Assembly (NCBI RefSeq): GCF_009914755.1
Contig: NC_060931.1
Direction: 5' to 3' (one strand)
Length of the DNA: 64,000 nt
Source: the human T2T-CHM13v2.0 reference genome, Homo sapiens
Below, piece after piece: positions 25,552 through 37,867 of this stretch. The notes beneath the pieces were generated by a model. It was not told where the DNA came from, made no database searches, and saw nothing but the letters and a program-made list of their open reading frames with translations. The position numbers and the translations under genes are program-made. Each line of letters begins with the position of its first letter. Within the stretch, counting starts at the first letter, position 1.

Positions 25552-28500
25552 TTCTGGCTACCGTGAAGGAGACTGGGTCATTGATTCAGTTCTGAGATTG
25601 AGCACTGTTGTTGTATACAATGAAATTGATTTTTATACATTAATTTTGAATCCTGAAACTTTATTGAAGTTATTTTTCACATCTGGGAGTTTTTTGAAGG
25701 AATGTTTAGAGTTTTCCAGATATAAGATCATGACATCAGTAAACAGAGGTAAATTGACTTCCTTGTTTCAAATTTGAATGCCTTTTGTTTCTTTCGCTTG
25801 CCCTGCTAGGACTTTCAGTACTATGTTGAATGTTGAATAGCAATGGTGAGAGTGGGCATACTTTTCTTCTTTCAGTTATTAAAGGGAATGTTTTCAAATT
25901 TTCCCCATTCCGTATGATGTTAGTTGTGGGTTTGTCATACATGGCTCTTAGTATTTTGAAGTATGTTCCTTCAATGCCTGGTTTGTTGAGGGTTTTTATC
26001 ATGAAGGATGCTGGATTTTAACAAATGCTTTTTCTGCATCTACTGAGATTATCATATGGTTTTTGTTTTTAATTCTGTTTACATAGTGAATCATATTTAT
26101 TGAGTTGTGTATGTTGAACTATCCTTGCTTCCCTGGAATTAAACTAACTTGAACGTGATGAATTATCTTTTTTGATATGTTGCCAGATTTGGCTTCTTAG
26201 GATTTTCTTGAGAATTTTTGCATCTATGTTCATCAGAGATATTGGCTTATGATTTTATTTTTGTTGTTGTTGTTGTGGGTTTGCCATATTTTGATATCGT
26301 GGTAGGATGAGTTAGGAAGGAAACTCTCCTCCTTGATTTCTTGGAATAATTTCAGTAAGTTGGTACCACTTCTGTCTTGTATGTCTGGTAGAATTTGGCT
26401 ATGAATCCATTTGGCCCTGGGCTTTTTTTAATTGGTAGATGTTTTTTATTACTGATTCAATTTCATAACTCATTATTTGTCTGTTCAGAATTTCAATGTC
26501 TTCCTGGTTCTCTCTTGGGAGATTGTATGTTTCAGAAATGTATTCATTTGGGTTGCATATATGTTTAGGGTAGTTAAATCTTACTGAATTGAGTTGAACC
26601 CTTTATTATAATTCAATGTTCTTCCTTGTTTTTTGTTTGTTTGTTTGTTTGTTTGTTTTAACTGTTGTTGGTTTGAAGTCTGTTTTATCAAACACAAGAA
26701 TAGCAACCTCTGCTCTCTTTCCTTTTCTGTTTGCATCGTAGATCTTTCTCCACTCCTTTACTTTGAGCCTGTGTCATTACATGTGAAGTGGGTCCCATGA
26801 AGGCAGTAAATGGTTGGATCTTGTTTTTTACATCCAGTTTGCCAATCTGTATCTTTTAAGTGGGGCAGTTAGGCTATTTACAATCAAGGTTCATATTGAT
26901 ATGGGAGGTTTTGTTCCTCTAATAGTGTTGTTAGATAGTTGCTTTGTAGTCCCAATTGTGTAATTGCTTCATAGCATCTATAAACTTTGTATTTTCATTT
27001 GCTTTTGTCCTAGTAAGTTTTGTCCTTTTATTTCCATTTTTAGAACTCCCTTGAGCATTTCTTGAAGGTCTAGTCTCATGGTGATAAATTCTACTAGTGT
27101 TTGCTTGTTTGAAAAAAATATTTTATTTCTCCTTCATTTATGAAGCTCAGTTTGACAGGATACAAAATTTTTTGTTGCCATTCGAAAAAAAAGGCTAAAA
27201 ATGAGCCCCCAATCTCTTCTGGCCTGTAAAATCTCTGCTGAGAAATCTTCTGTTAGTCTGATGAGATTGCCTTTATAGGTGATTTGACTATTTTCTTTAT
27301 CGGTCTTTAAGATTTTTCCTTCATGTTGACATTGGATAGCCTGAAGACTATATGCCTTGTTGATGTTCATCTTGTATGGCATCTTGCAGGTATTCCCTGC
27401 ATTTCTAATTTCTGGATATTTACCTCTCTAGCAATATTAGGGAAATTTTCTTGAATTATCCCTTCAAACATGTTTTCCAAGTTAGTTACTTTTTTGTCTT
27501 CTCTCTCTGGAGAGCCTTCAAGTCACAGGTTTGTTTGCATCACATAATCCCATATTTCTGGAAGTCTTTGTTCATTTTTTAAAATTATTTTTTCTTTATT
27601 TTTGTCTGACTGAGATAATTCAAAAGTACAGTCTTCAAGCTCTGAATTTCATTTTTTTCTGTTTGTTCTACTCTACTGCTAAGTTTGCCACAGTGTTTTG
27701 AATTTCCTTTAGTGCATTTTTCATTTCCAAAGTTTCTATTTTGCTTTTCTTTAATATATCTATCTTGCCTTTTGTCTTCTAAATTGATTTTCTGGTTTCT
27801 TTGTGATTATTTTCAACTTCCTTTTGGATCTTATTGATCTTGCTTACAATCCATATTTTGAATTCCTTGTCTCTCATTTCAAAGTTTTCATTTTGGTTAG
27901 GAGCAATTGCTAAAGAACTAACATGGTCCTTTGAGGGTGTCAGAGCATTCTGTTTCTTCATGGTGCTAGAATTATTTATGCTGGTTCCTTCTTATCTGCA
28001 GAAGCTATTACTTCTTATTTTTGAACTTACTTTCATTTGAGTGGAGGTTTCCCCCTCTTGAGGGTGTAACTATTGCATATGCTGGGTAGGTCCCTTTAGC
28101 TTTGTTTCTTTGTGCTTTTAGGGGGCCAAGGCTCTATATGATTTCCTTGGCTGTAGAGAACCTTAGTTTAGTGGTTTTCTTAAGCGCTATTTGTTTGTAC
28201 GTTGTAGTAGTGATGTGCAGTGCTTGTGGTCAAACTCACTGTCTCCTACAAGGATAAAGTGTTGGAGGTCTAGAGAGGCTTATCTTGTTCCTCCCTGTGC
28301 AGTTCTGTCAACAATTATATTGGGTCATGCAGTTTATGCTACAGGTCAATAGGTAGCTCTTGCAAGTAAGAGCCAGTTGAGTTCCCTACAATCATGCCAG
28401 AAGTTGTGATGGGACATGCAGTTTGACCTCCCAGCCAGTAGGTGATGCTTGCAGGTGAGAGGCAGTTGCACTGTTGGCAGTGGGATTTTTGCTTGGCCTT

Positions 28501-29700
28501 TGTTGATCAAAGGAAGTATTGGTATGTCCCTGGTGAAGGGTGGGGCTGGGGCTCCTGGGGGTATGTTCTGCACTCTGCTGCCAAGGTAGCTGGAGGTGGC
28601 AAAGCTGGGTGACGCTGGGTCAGGCAACTCAGCCACCAGGCTCTCCAAGGCAGGTACAAGCACTGACCTTGGTCAAGGTCTAGGGGCAGCTCTCAGGCCA
28701 CTGGGCCAACCCTTCAGTGGTGTCCCTCCTGTGCCACAGAGCTCCCATAGGGGAACAGGGGTGGGGGAGGGGGCTGCGGTTTGCAGCCCAGCAGACAGAC
28801 ATGAGTCATGCCCAGGGGAGTCTTCCTCCCATGTCCAGCCCAGCAACAGGCCTGAGCTCATCCCAAGGTGTCTGTTCCAGGTCACTGAGCCATTTTAGGC
28901 TTTCCAGACTGTGGGACTCCCAGAGGGAAAAACTGCGGCTGTCAGGCCACACACCCTTCACATTACAGTTTCATGAAGGGAGGGGTGCCCAGCCGCTGTG
29001 CCCCTAAACAAACCTGTGCCACACTCTTCTCTGTTTTCTAACAATGGGGGCTCCTCCTGTAGTCAAGATCAAGCCATAAATCCCATTTTCATGCCCCTAT
29101 GCAGTGTGCTTGTGTCCTGGGGCACTGGGACCAGACCAGCAGTTTTGTCCTCTGGCCCTCGGGGTCAAGCATCACCTGTGATGGGGTTGGTGAGCTGCTC
29201 CCAGGCCACCAACAAAACAAGACAATGCTGTGGCCCCACTGCAGGAACAGTCAGGCAGGCAGTCTTGGTTGCAGGGGTGGCTGGAAGGCAAGGCAATATG
29301 TGTTTAAGATGCATCTTGCTCCCCTGACAATGGCTGTGGACCTGTCTTGGGTGCATGAGAGTGTCTGGGCTCTGTTTTCTCCTAGCCTAGCAGACAGCAG
29401 GAGCTGCAGCTGTTCAGTGCAGGATGAGGGCCTTGGGCGATGAGCACTCAGAGTCACATTTTCATTGTAGCTGCCCAGCCCAGTAAAGCCTTCTGGGCCT
29501 ACCTAGGTTCAAGCAGTGCCTCTATATGTTCTCCATTTGGCTCCCTCTGCCAATCCAAAGGTCTGTAGGGGTTGTGGAAATTCCTGTTCCTGTAGCTAGG
29601 ATCTCAGAGTTCTGTGGCTAAATATGGTGCCTGGAGTTTCCCTCTTTTACCCCTTATGATAGAATTTCAGTGTTTTCTCTCAAAATATTTGTTCAAAGTG
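23767..29700 (-). mobile_element. Near full-length degenerate L1 (L1PB/L1PA16-like) with internal ORF2 deletion
   Basis: 3' UTR at about 23770. RT remnant [36 protein letters not shown] (25736-26002). ORF1 remnants QITYKGNLIRLTEDFSAEILQARRDW (27134-27382) and MKKQNALTPSKDH..DKEFK (27779-27961). GC-rich 5' UTR at about 28000-29700. Confidence 0.93.
25511..25551. repeat. (TG)n microsatellite inside L1
   Basis: Seen directly. Confidence 0.9.
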
Positions 29701-30039
29701 TTTCACAAGGAATCTAAAAGAGCAAAATCCTTATATGCCTGAAACAGAGGAGGATGGAGAAGAACATAGACCCAAGAAAGTTCTCCAAGAAAAGGTGAAT
29801 CTGCTCCTGCACCTTGGACAGATCTGCAGCACAGCCTTTCCTGAGATGTCACTTTCTGCAGCTCATCTCCTTGCTCCAGGATTTGAGGGAGGTGCTCTGG
29901 ACATGATTTGGATAGTGGCAGAACCCAGAAGGATGAGAATGCAAACCCGGCCTTGAAAAGAAAATCCAGATTTTTTCTATTGTCAATTACTTATGCAATA
30001 TATGAATCTTTTTCTGGAGTAATGTACAGTGAATTATAC

Positions 30040-30231
30040 CCAGTTGTGTGCTGGTAGGAGGGAAGAAATGCTCGTTTTGTACAATTTGCCACTTCCCATG
30101 AAGTAAATACACCCACCAAAGGGGATTCCAAGCCAGTAAGCTAAGGTGACTTCAAGAGGGTTACAAACTTCCTGAAAATTTAACGGTCAGCTTCCTAGAG
30201 CCTCTACTCACTGGCCCCAGAACGCCCACTG
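30040..30231. mobile_element. MER63-like hAT-Blackjack element
   Basis: Termini CAGTTGTGTGCTGG and CCAGAACGCCCACTG; internal tttgccacttcccatgaagtaaatacacccacca. Confidence 0.75.
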
Positions 30232-31374
30232 CTGTAATACCTTACTAGTTCACAAACTGAATCCTGGTATTCAGAAGCTGTCATAAAATAATAGATAACA
30301 ATCTCCTTAGTGATAACCTAATAAAGAAAGAAGATTAAGGTAAGGAGGTATGATTAGCTAATTTGAAAGTTCTCTCAATGACTAGACAGCAGTATTGAAA
30401 GTGATATTCTAAAAGCTCATCTATAAAACTGATAATATTTTTCTGATTCATTAATAACCTTTCTTGTAGTGTTAATCTGACAATCAATTCACCAAAACAG
30501 GTAAATCACAGGGGCTATGCAAATGTCATTGTAAGGAAGGAAATTGCTAGGAGTAGCCATAAATAAGTACAAAAGATTTCTTTTTAATCATGTGCATTAC
30601 ATAGTAAGCAGTGTTCTTTAAATGAAATAACAGCTATGACAAATCTAAAGCATTGAGAAAAGATATCAAGGAGAAACCAAACACCCTTTTATATCCAAAT
30701 ACCGAAATGTAAAAGTATAGACATGGGCTCATACCAGTGAAAAGAAACACCAAATTCGCCATGACTGCAATAATATTTTTCTTTTAAGATGGATGTTGGA
30801 ATTATTTTTTATTGAAAATATTTCTACATTGAAATTACTTAAGGAATTTACAGCTTAAAGCAAACAGAAATGTAAAGAATTGGTTGGTAAAAAACACCCT
30901 TGGTAGTTATTGAGTACCTGAATTATCTGGGGACTATTAACAAAGAAAGAAGCATTTCTCAAGTGGTATCTTGGCTGTCATGCTATTTTTAAGTACTGGA
31001 CAATGAAAGTAAAATATGCAGAGTGCCTGACCTCTAGAGAGAGTTGGCTTACCAATAGTAAACAGAAGGGAAATGATCACGGAAATATATATATACCTTG
31101 TATTCTGAGAAATGTGTATGAATATTTTTGTGCCACAAGCATTTGTGTGTGCATATGTGTATGTCCTTGTGGCAGTACTAAAGGAAAGTGTTTCTGGTTT
31201 ATATCTTCTCTTTAAGTACAGGATCAAAGGAAATCTTTCATAAGTAGATGCCTAATACTCAAAATTAAGAAGAATGTTTATGTGATAATATGTAAGTTAG
31301 TAGCCACACAATAAATGCTAATTACTCTGCATTAAAACCCTATATTTTGTGGTGGTAGCTATGAAAATAAGAAT

Positions 31375-31530
31375 AGCAACAAACTTGGCATAAAAACCTC
31401 TGTTCTAGTCCCTGTTTATTTATCTGATAGTTTTAACATCTCTCTACTCTTAGTTTACTCCCTGACTTCCAAATTTTTGTAAATGAACAAATGGGATAAT
31501 ATACGTGAAAGTATTTTATAAACTCCCCCA
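31375..31530 (+). mobile_element. MIR fragment
   Basis: acctctgttctagtccctg..tttaacatctctctactcttagtttactc..aaatgggataatatacgtgaaagtattttataaact. Confidence 0.55.
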
Positions 31531-34464
31531 TAAATAAACATAAATTTTCTTCTTTGGAAACTTCCTATAGCACTTATATCTTCACAATATAATTGTGTTT
31601 TTTCCTTCCCAAACCTCAGTTGAAATGACATTGGCTTTCTATTATTCTACTATCATCTCTCACATAGCTACACAGCTACTTCTTCCTGCTCTGGAATATA
31701 TGATTTCTCAACTGAGGGAGATCCTCTTTGTAACATACAAAAGTTCAAAATTTGAGTTTGACAAAGTATAGTCAGTAAAATCCATGATATTAAAACTCTG
31801 GGTTACTGAAAATATTAGTTGTTTGATTATATTTTAAATCCTTATTATTTTACAAACAGAGCTCTATCATACTTATCTATGAAAATGTCTTCTTAAAAGA
31901 AAGTACTTCAAGGAACATAAGAAGGTTTTCATAATGGAAGAAGTCTCCATAATTCGTAATTACATTTAATCACATATTTGAAAAGAGCACCAATATTTGT
32001 CACTTAAAAAATCACACTGACATAAAACTAATGTTCAGAATATGAAAGATTGATATACTAATTAATGAATGAGCATTTACTCTTCTTCTCTAAGGTGACA
32101 GTTGATTTTAATTAATGTTTTCTATTTATTAATATTCTGTTATCTTCAAGACACTATATTGGCTGTGTTTAAGTGCTTATGTCAAAATATATTTGCTACA
32201 TTAAAGGCAATTTATATACAGTATTATCTACACATCCAGTGCATTTATATATCTGGACATACTCCCCCAAGAAACAAATATAGTAAGTATATATTTATTA
32301 TGTTAAACTATAGCTAAAGCTTGCATTTTGTTTGATGCTCATAAGACTCATATATTAGAAATATTCCTTAATTTAGTTATTTCAGTACTTCTACAGGAAG
32401 AAAGTTTTTATTAGCTAAGTACATTTGTTTTTGATAGATATCATGCCTTAAAAATATTAAAGTTTCTGTTGAGAAAAAGGTAATCATCCAATTCCCAGAA
32501 ATCTATGATACTCAAACATACATAAAATGAGTGTTGGAAGAACATCACAATTGCTTATTTTTACCAATAATCCAAGTTTGCCTCATGAACCCACCATAGC
32601 AGTATCTCAGAGAGGTTCCCATGCTTTCAGCATTAAATGGTAAGATATTTCCAGACATATGGCTGCAAGCTACATTTTAGTAAATTCTCTAGCTAAGCTC
32701 AACAAGCATTAAGATTCTGCTTATTATGCAAGAGTCTACTTTGATGGTTCAATTTCTTTGTCTTCTCATATTACAGTATTTCCTTTTCTTAGCAATCTTA
32801 TGCATTAGCATAGACATTCTCAAGGATAATGATCTAGGTTCTAAAATGTAAAGACAGGAAGCTCAATTTTATGGAACATGAAACTAAAGCTGCTGTGAAC
32901 AGTCGCTGTATAATAATGGCAATGCTAGATGGCTGAAACTTTATAATTATTTGTAACAGCCAACAACAAAAACAAATCATGAAAAGTTTTATTTCAATTT
33001 TCTTGAAATTACTAAAACGTAGTTTCTCATTTTAAAAGATAATCATTTAATAAAAGAGTAGGACTTTTAAAATTTAATTGACCTTAAAAAATGATCACTG
33101 TTTCTAGGATTACCATGGAGGCATTAGCTCATCTTCTAATAAAGAAATGACTTCAGAACTCTCCTTTATTTTTAAACTTCTCAATTTACAGACCATGTTT
33201 TGGATCACTTGTAAGAAAAATTCAAATAATGGAAACATAATAGTTTCAGAAGCATTTCTTTTACTCATTGAAGTTGGGGAATCTGGCCTTCAATATGCTG
33301 AATATTAAGATGTTGATACTATCAGGCTAGAGATAGTCCCATAGCATGCAAATACGTCCTTAATGACATATATTTTTAATTAACAGGTATTTAAAAAAAA
33401 TCAAAAATAGACAAGCTTTACGTGTTTTACATTTTTAAGTTTTTAAGATTTAATGTAATGTTTGCTTCTCTGAATTATTATGAACAGCATGAATAAATAT
33501 TTACAGATAAAACACAGCTATTTAAAGAAGTAAAACTGAATGAGCATTATTTAAATGAATAAAAAGCAATTTTAACCCTACAATCGTAATAAACGAGATT
33601 GCTTTTTCCTTAAAATTGTAACCAACTATACATAAAAAATAATTTTATGCCGGTGCGGATGAAGGAATAAAAAGAAAGCGTAAATTACATCCCAGAGTAT
33701 ACAAAAGAGAGATTGTATCTGGAAAGTTTAAGATGGCTCTCTTTTGGAAACTGTATAATCACTGCTGGGATACAGAGGAAAGGATAGCAGGCCGGAGAAA
33801 GGGATCTGGGTCCTTTATTGTTACCATTAAAGTCTTACATAAAACTGTCTCCACATTCCATAAAAATGCCATGGTGCTTCAGGAAAAATACGGACCTGAG
33901 ACAATAGTTTATTTTGGCTGGGACTGAGGTTCCAGAACTGAAGAGTTACTGCCAGAAATAGAAACCAGCTTTGAGAAAAAGTTAACTGAACTAGGATGTA
34001 GCGAAAGTGCTGCAGCATCAATAACCTAGCGCTTCAGAATCTGAATCAAGGGTTCTTTGTTTAGAACCTTGTAACATAATTAATCACCCAGAGGAAGTAA
34101 AGAGATTTGAGGTTGGAGTTTAGTTACCCAGGGAATTCCCTCTTCCTTTGGCACCCACTTGCCAGCACGACTATAAAACAGGAGCAGAAATGCCTCACTC
34201 CATAAATGATTAATAATAGCTGATTTACATGAAATTAAGTTGTTCCCTTGCTGAGACACAGTTGACCTGAATTCTGGGAGGCCCTCCCACAACTCCCTGA
34301 GTAACAAAGCAAGTCACCATCTCCAGGATTCCTCATCTCTGTTTCCATTACTCTTTCTTCCCAAAATGGGAAATTCTGCAATAGCCATGCATATGCTGAT
34401 CTTTTCTATAAATAATTTCCATATCTTAAACATTTCACGGTTTTTAAATTGTTAACTACCACAT

Positions 34465-36460
34465 GAATTCCACTCAACAAATACAGTATTTATTGAATGC
34501 TTACAATGCAAGGTATTGTTTTAATAACTAGGAAACAAATTGTAAGTAATATATTATGTAACTTCATTAAGGAGCTTATAAAAATAGTGTGCAGTAAGGG
34601 TGGGGGGAGACATCAGAAATGGACAAAAATAATTTCAAAAATAGCTAAAACATCGAAGAACATACTTTGTACTAGAAAAGAGATAGAAGCATCTATGGAT
34701 GATGAAAGATGGAAAAATCACATAAATTGAAGAATCATGAAGTTTCACAAGCAAATTACATTTATGATAGTTCTTCTAGAAAGGACAGAGTTTCTGCTAT
34801 GGCAGAAAAGAGCTTTCCAGATGACAAGAAAAATAAGAACAAAGACTTTAGGTTAGGGACTGACTAGTCAGTGCAGGAAACAGTGAGTATCTGGAATATA
34901 AATGGGAGAGATGGCAAAGCTCATTTCAGAAACATGGTTAATGCCATGTCGATGCCATGAATGAATGACAAGCTGAGGGACGAAGTTGAACATTTTTGAG
35001 CAGAAAAACTGTTCTGTGACAGCAATGAGTATGGGGTATTGCAAAAGTACAGATGTCCAGGCAATGGTATCATGGGGCTGAGTAGATCAGGACACTATGC
35101 TGCTGATAAGCCATCAGGAACTCAGGACAGGGGTCTTGCCCTGCAGAGAGCTTATATTTTTGGATAAGCAAGGCAGAGGTCTCCATATTAAGCCAACGCT
35201 GTAGAAATTAAGCAGAGTGCTAGAACCATATTAAATTGCCACAAAGCAATTTGGTCCAAACTCACAAAGTTGGTGACCAGATAGGCCCAAGCCTATAGAT
35301 CAAATGTTTTAAGGATCAGTAATAAATAGAGGTGGATCTCAGGAGAGTTCTCACCAGTCCAGCTCTTCTAATTGCCTACTGGGAAATTCCACTTGGATGT
35401 TTGGCCATGCCTTACAAGTCAACTGGTTTAGAGTTAAATTCCTCTTCACAAAAACTATACTTGCTTCCTTTTCCAACCTCTCTGTAAATTGCACCACAAT
35501 TTTCCCAATTGTGGGCTCAAAATCATTAAAGAGTTCTACTGCTTTCCACTTTTCTCCATACCCCATAACTTAGTTGCAATGTTCTGTGTAATTTTCCTTT
35601 GAGATGGCAAGCAACACCTGCACCAGATTCAGCATCTTGTGCTAAGATTACTGCAATAATATCTTAGTGCAATTCACACTTAATTTTTTACCTACCTTCT
35701 AGGTACCTTTCAATTTGCTTTTACTGTTCCTTTGAAAATTGTTTCTATTTTACCTTTGTATGTTTCATACGTGCAAATAATGCTGATCTCATTACATATT
35801 TCAGACTAATGCCATATCTTGTGAATATATTATTTATAAATGTTTACTGAATGCTTCCTATGTGCCAGTAACTGTGCAGGGCACAAAGATAAATGAGAAA
35901 TTGTTCCTTCCCTTAAGGATCATATCATTGTATACAGGAGAGAGAAGAAATAGAGGGAAAAAAATTGAGTTTTTTTGGGGGGGAGACTTCTCCATACTTT
36001 TAAAATTTTGAATTATAAAAACAATTAAACAAAAAAAGTCAATGCAATGAAAGAGTTGCTATTAGCATGGAGGGATTTCCACAGTGATTTAAAAAGAACA
36101 GGCAAGAAGACAACAGAGGCACTCGATCTGCCTGCCTTTTATTAAAAGGGACTCCCAGAGAAGGTAAATATGAATCAGGACTTGGAAACAGAGAGGAGTT
36201 TGTCTAAAAGAGAAATGAGGGCAGATTGCATTTACACAAGTGAACAGAAGACTGAGATAGAGCATGCGGAATGTACTGGGAACACTTACTTTCTGAAAGT
36301 GCTGGAAACAAGGACGTGGAGCAAAGAGGAGAGATGAGGCTTGGACCAGCCTGTGAAAGTCCTCGATTTTCATACTGAGTATTTTCTCTTGTTAATAGGA
36401 AGCCATTGGTGATTTTTAAAATTGAGAGGGAGTGGGGAATAAAATAGGTTTGAATGTCTA
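34465..36460. mobile_element. Cluster of degenerate L2 fragments (both orientations)
   Basis: L2 3'-end motifs: tatttattgaatgcttacaatgcaaggtattgt (34487), ccacttggatgt (35389), tttactgaatgcttcctatgtgccag (35843), aataggaagccattggtgattttt (36394). Confidence 0.6.
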
Positions 36461-36764
36461 ACTTTGGTATGTATAAATGAAATGTGATATACTTTCCCTC
36501 AATACTGCTATGAAAATATCCACGCTCCTTGGATATTCTGAGAATTTCTCCTGCCCATAGTAATTAATATATATATCCAGTATTGTCGCATTGTAGGTAT
36601 TGAATAAAAAATAATCAGTTAACTCTGGCATGTTCTTAATGGTCTAAAAATTGTAAGAAATTTTCTCTGATAAAATTGCAATGCAATACTATTTCTAATC
36701 ACTCAAAATAAAAGAAATTATTTTAGAATATAATGTAATTTCTACAGGGTTCTTGATATTGACA

Positions 36765-36960
36765 TAATAATATCTAACCTCTAGAGTGCTGATTATGCAC
36801 CAGGCTGTATTCTAAGCACCTACATTTATTTACACAATCCTTCATTTCAAGAATGAGGAAACTGAGGCACAAGAAGTCCAGTAGCACATGCCAGGTCACA
36901 CAGCCAGCAAAGGCGGGGATTTAATTCTGAGAAATCTTGCACTAGACTCTGTACTCTTGA
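36765..36960 (-). mobile_element. MIR SINE
   Basis: aatgaggaaactgaggcacaagaag..ccaggtcacacagccagcaaa..gggatttaattc. Confidence 0.8.
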
Positions 36961-37867
36961 TCAGTGCTCAAGAGCCCCTTGTCCAAGTGTTCTATTTTGA
37001 ATTCATAGTAAGAAAGACTCTACTGAAAAAAAGGAAAAATAAGGAGGAAAAAATATGAACAACATTTAATGGCTTCTACCTTCCCTACTGAAAAACTTCA
37101 AAGCCATACATGATTTCAACAATCTCAGGGTCGTCAATTACACAGGTGACCACATCATTAACAGACTGACATGATTACTTAGTAATTTCACTTCCCCAAC
37201 ATAAGACAACTGAATGTTAACAAGCATATCCTGAAAAGGAATGATCTAGAACCATTCAATGATTAACTCATCTTCTTCCCAGTCTTAGACTCTACCAACA
37301 AAGGATCTGAACAGCTTACAAAATACCATCTTTAAAAGAAATAATCTTTTAAGATAATAGGGATTTAAGACTCAATTGCTTTGAACCTATAGGCTTCTCA
37401 GCAATTAATTCATTTTCGTTTGACTTTTCTGAAAATGTGTTTTCAAATGCAGTAACATGCTTTTACTGTTCAAAAGAACTATTAGGTAAATTAGTTGTGA
37501 CTGATTTATAGGATATTTTGAGATGCCTCTTTAGAACCCTGTCATAAAGTAGAAAATGCATATGTAATTACTCATGCATTTTGAATACTCTCATTAAGTA
37601 ATCTATAATATTTTTAACAAAATGTACGTGGCATAAAAGCATGTAATATATGTCACAATATCTTTTGTAAACACCAGTCATATAAGCAGGTCTTCTATTC
37701 TCAGCCAGAAGTATTTTCCATTTTGAAAGCAGCAATAACACTGCCACATTGGAAAAGAAAATATCTAAGAAGAGTATAAAGCATATCATGGCCCATTATA
37801 AATAGTAAACATATAAATAAATAAACATATAGTACAAATAAAGATATTCTAAAAAACTAAGCCACTA

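Noticed and set aside
24449-29457. ORFs across the first L1, including the overlapping GC-rich ORFs at 28346-29457
   Set aside because: Broken ORF1/ORF2 remnants and chance ORFs in the GC-rich 5' UTR. The element has stops, frameshifts and an internal deletion, so it is inactive.
29735-29956. 73-aa ORF MPETEEDGEEHRPKK... next to the L1 5' end
   Set aside because: Protein-like composition but short, with no recognisable domain or supported exon structure; consistent with chance.
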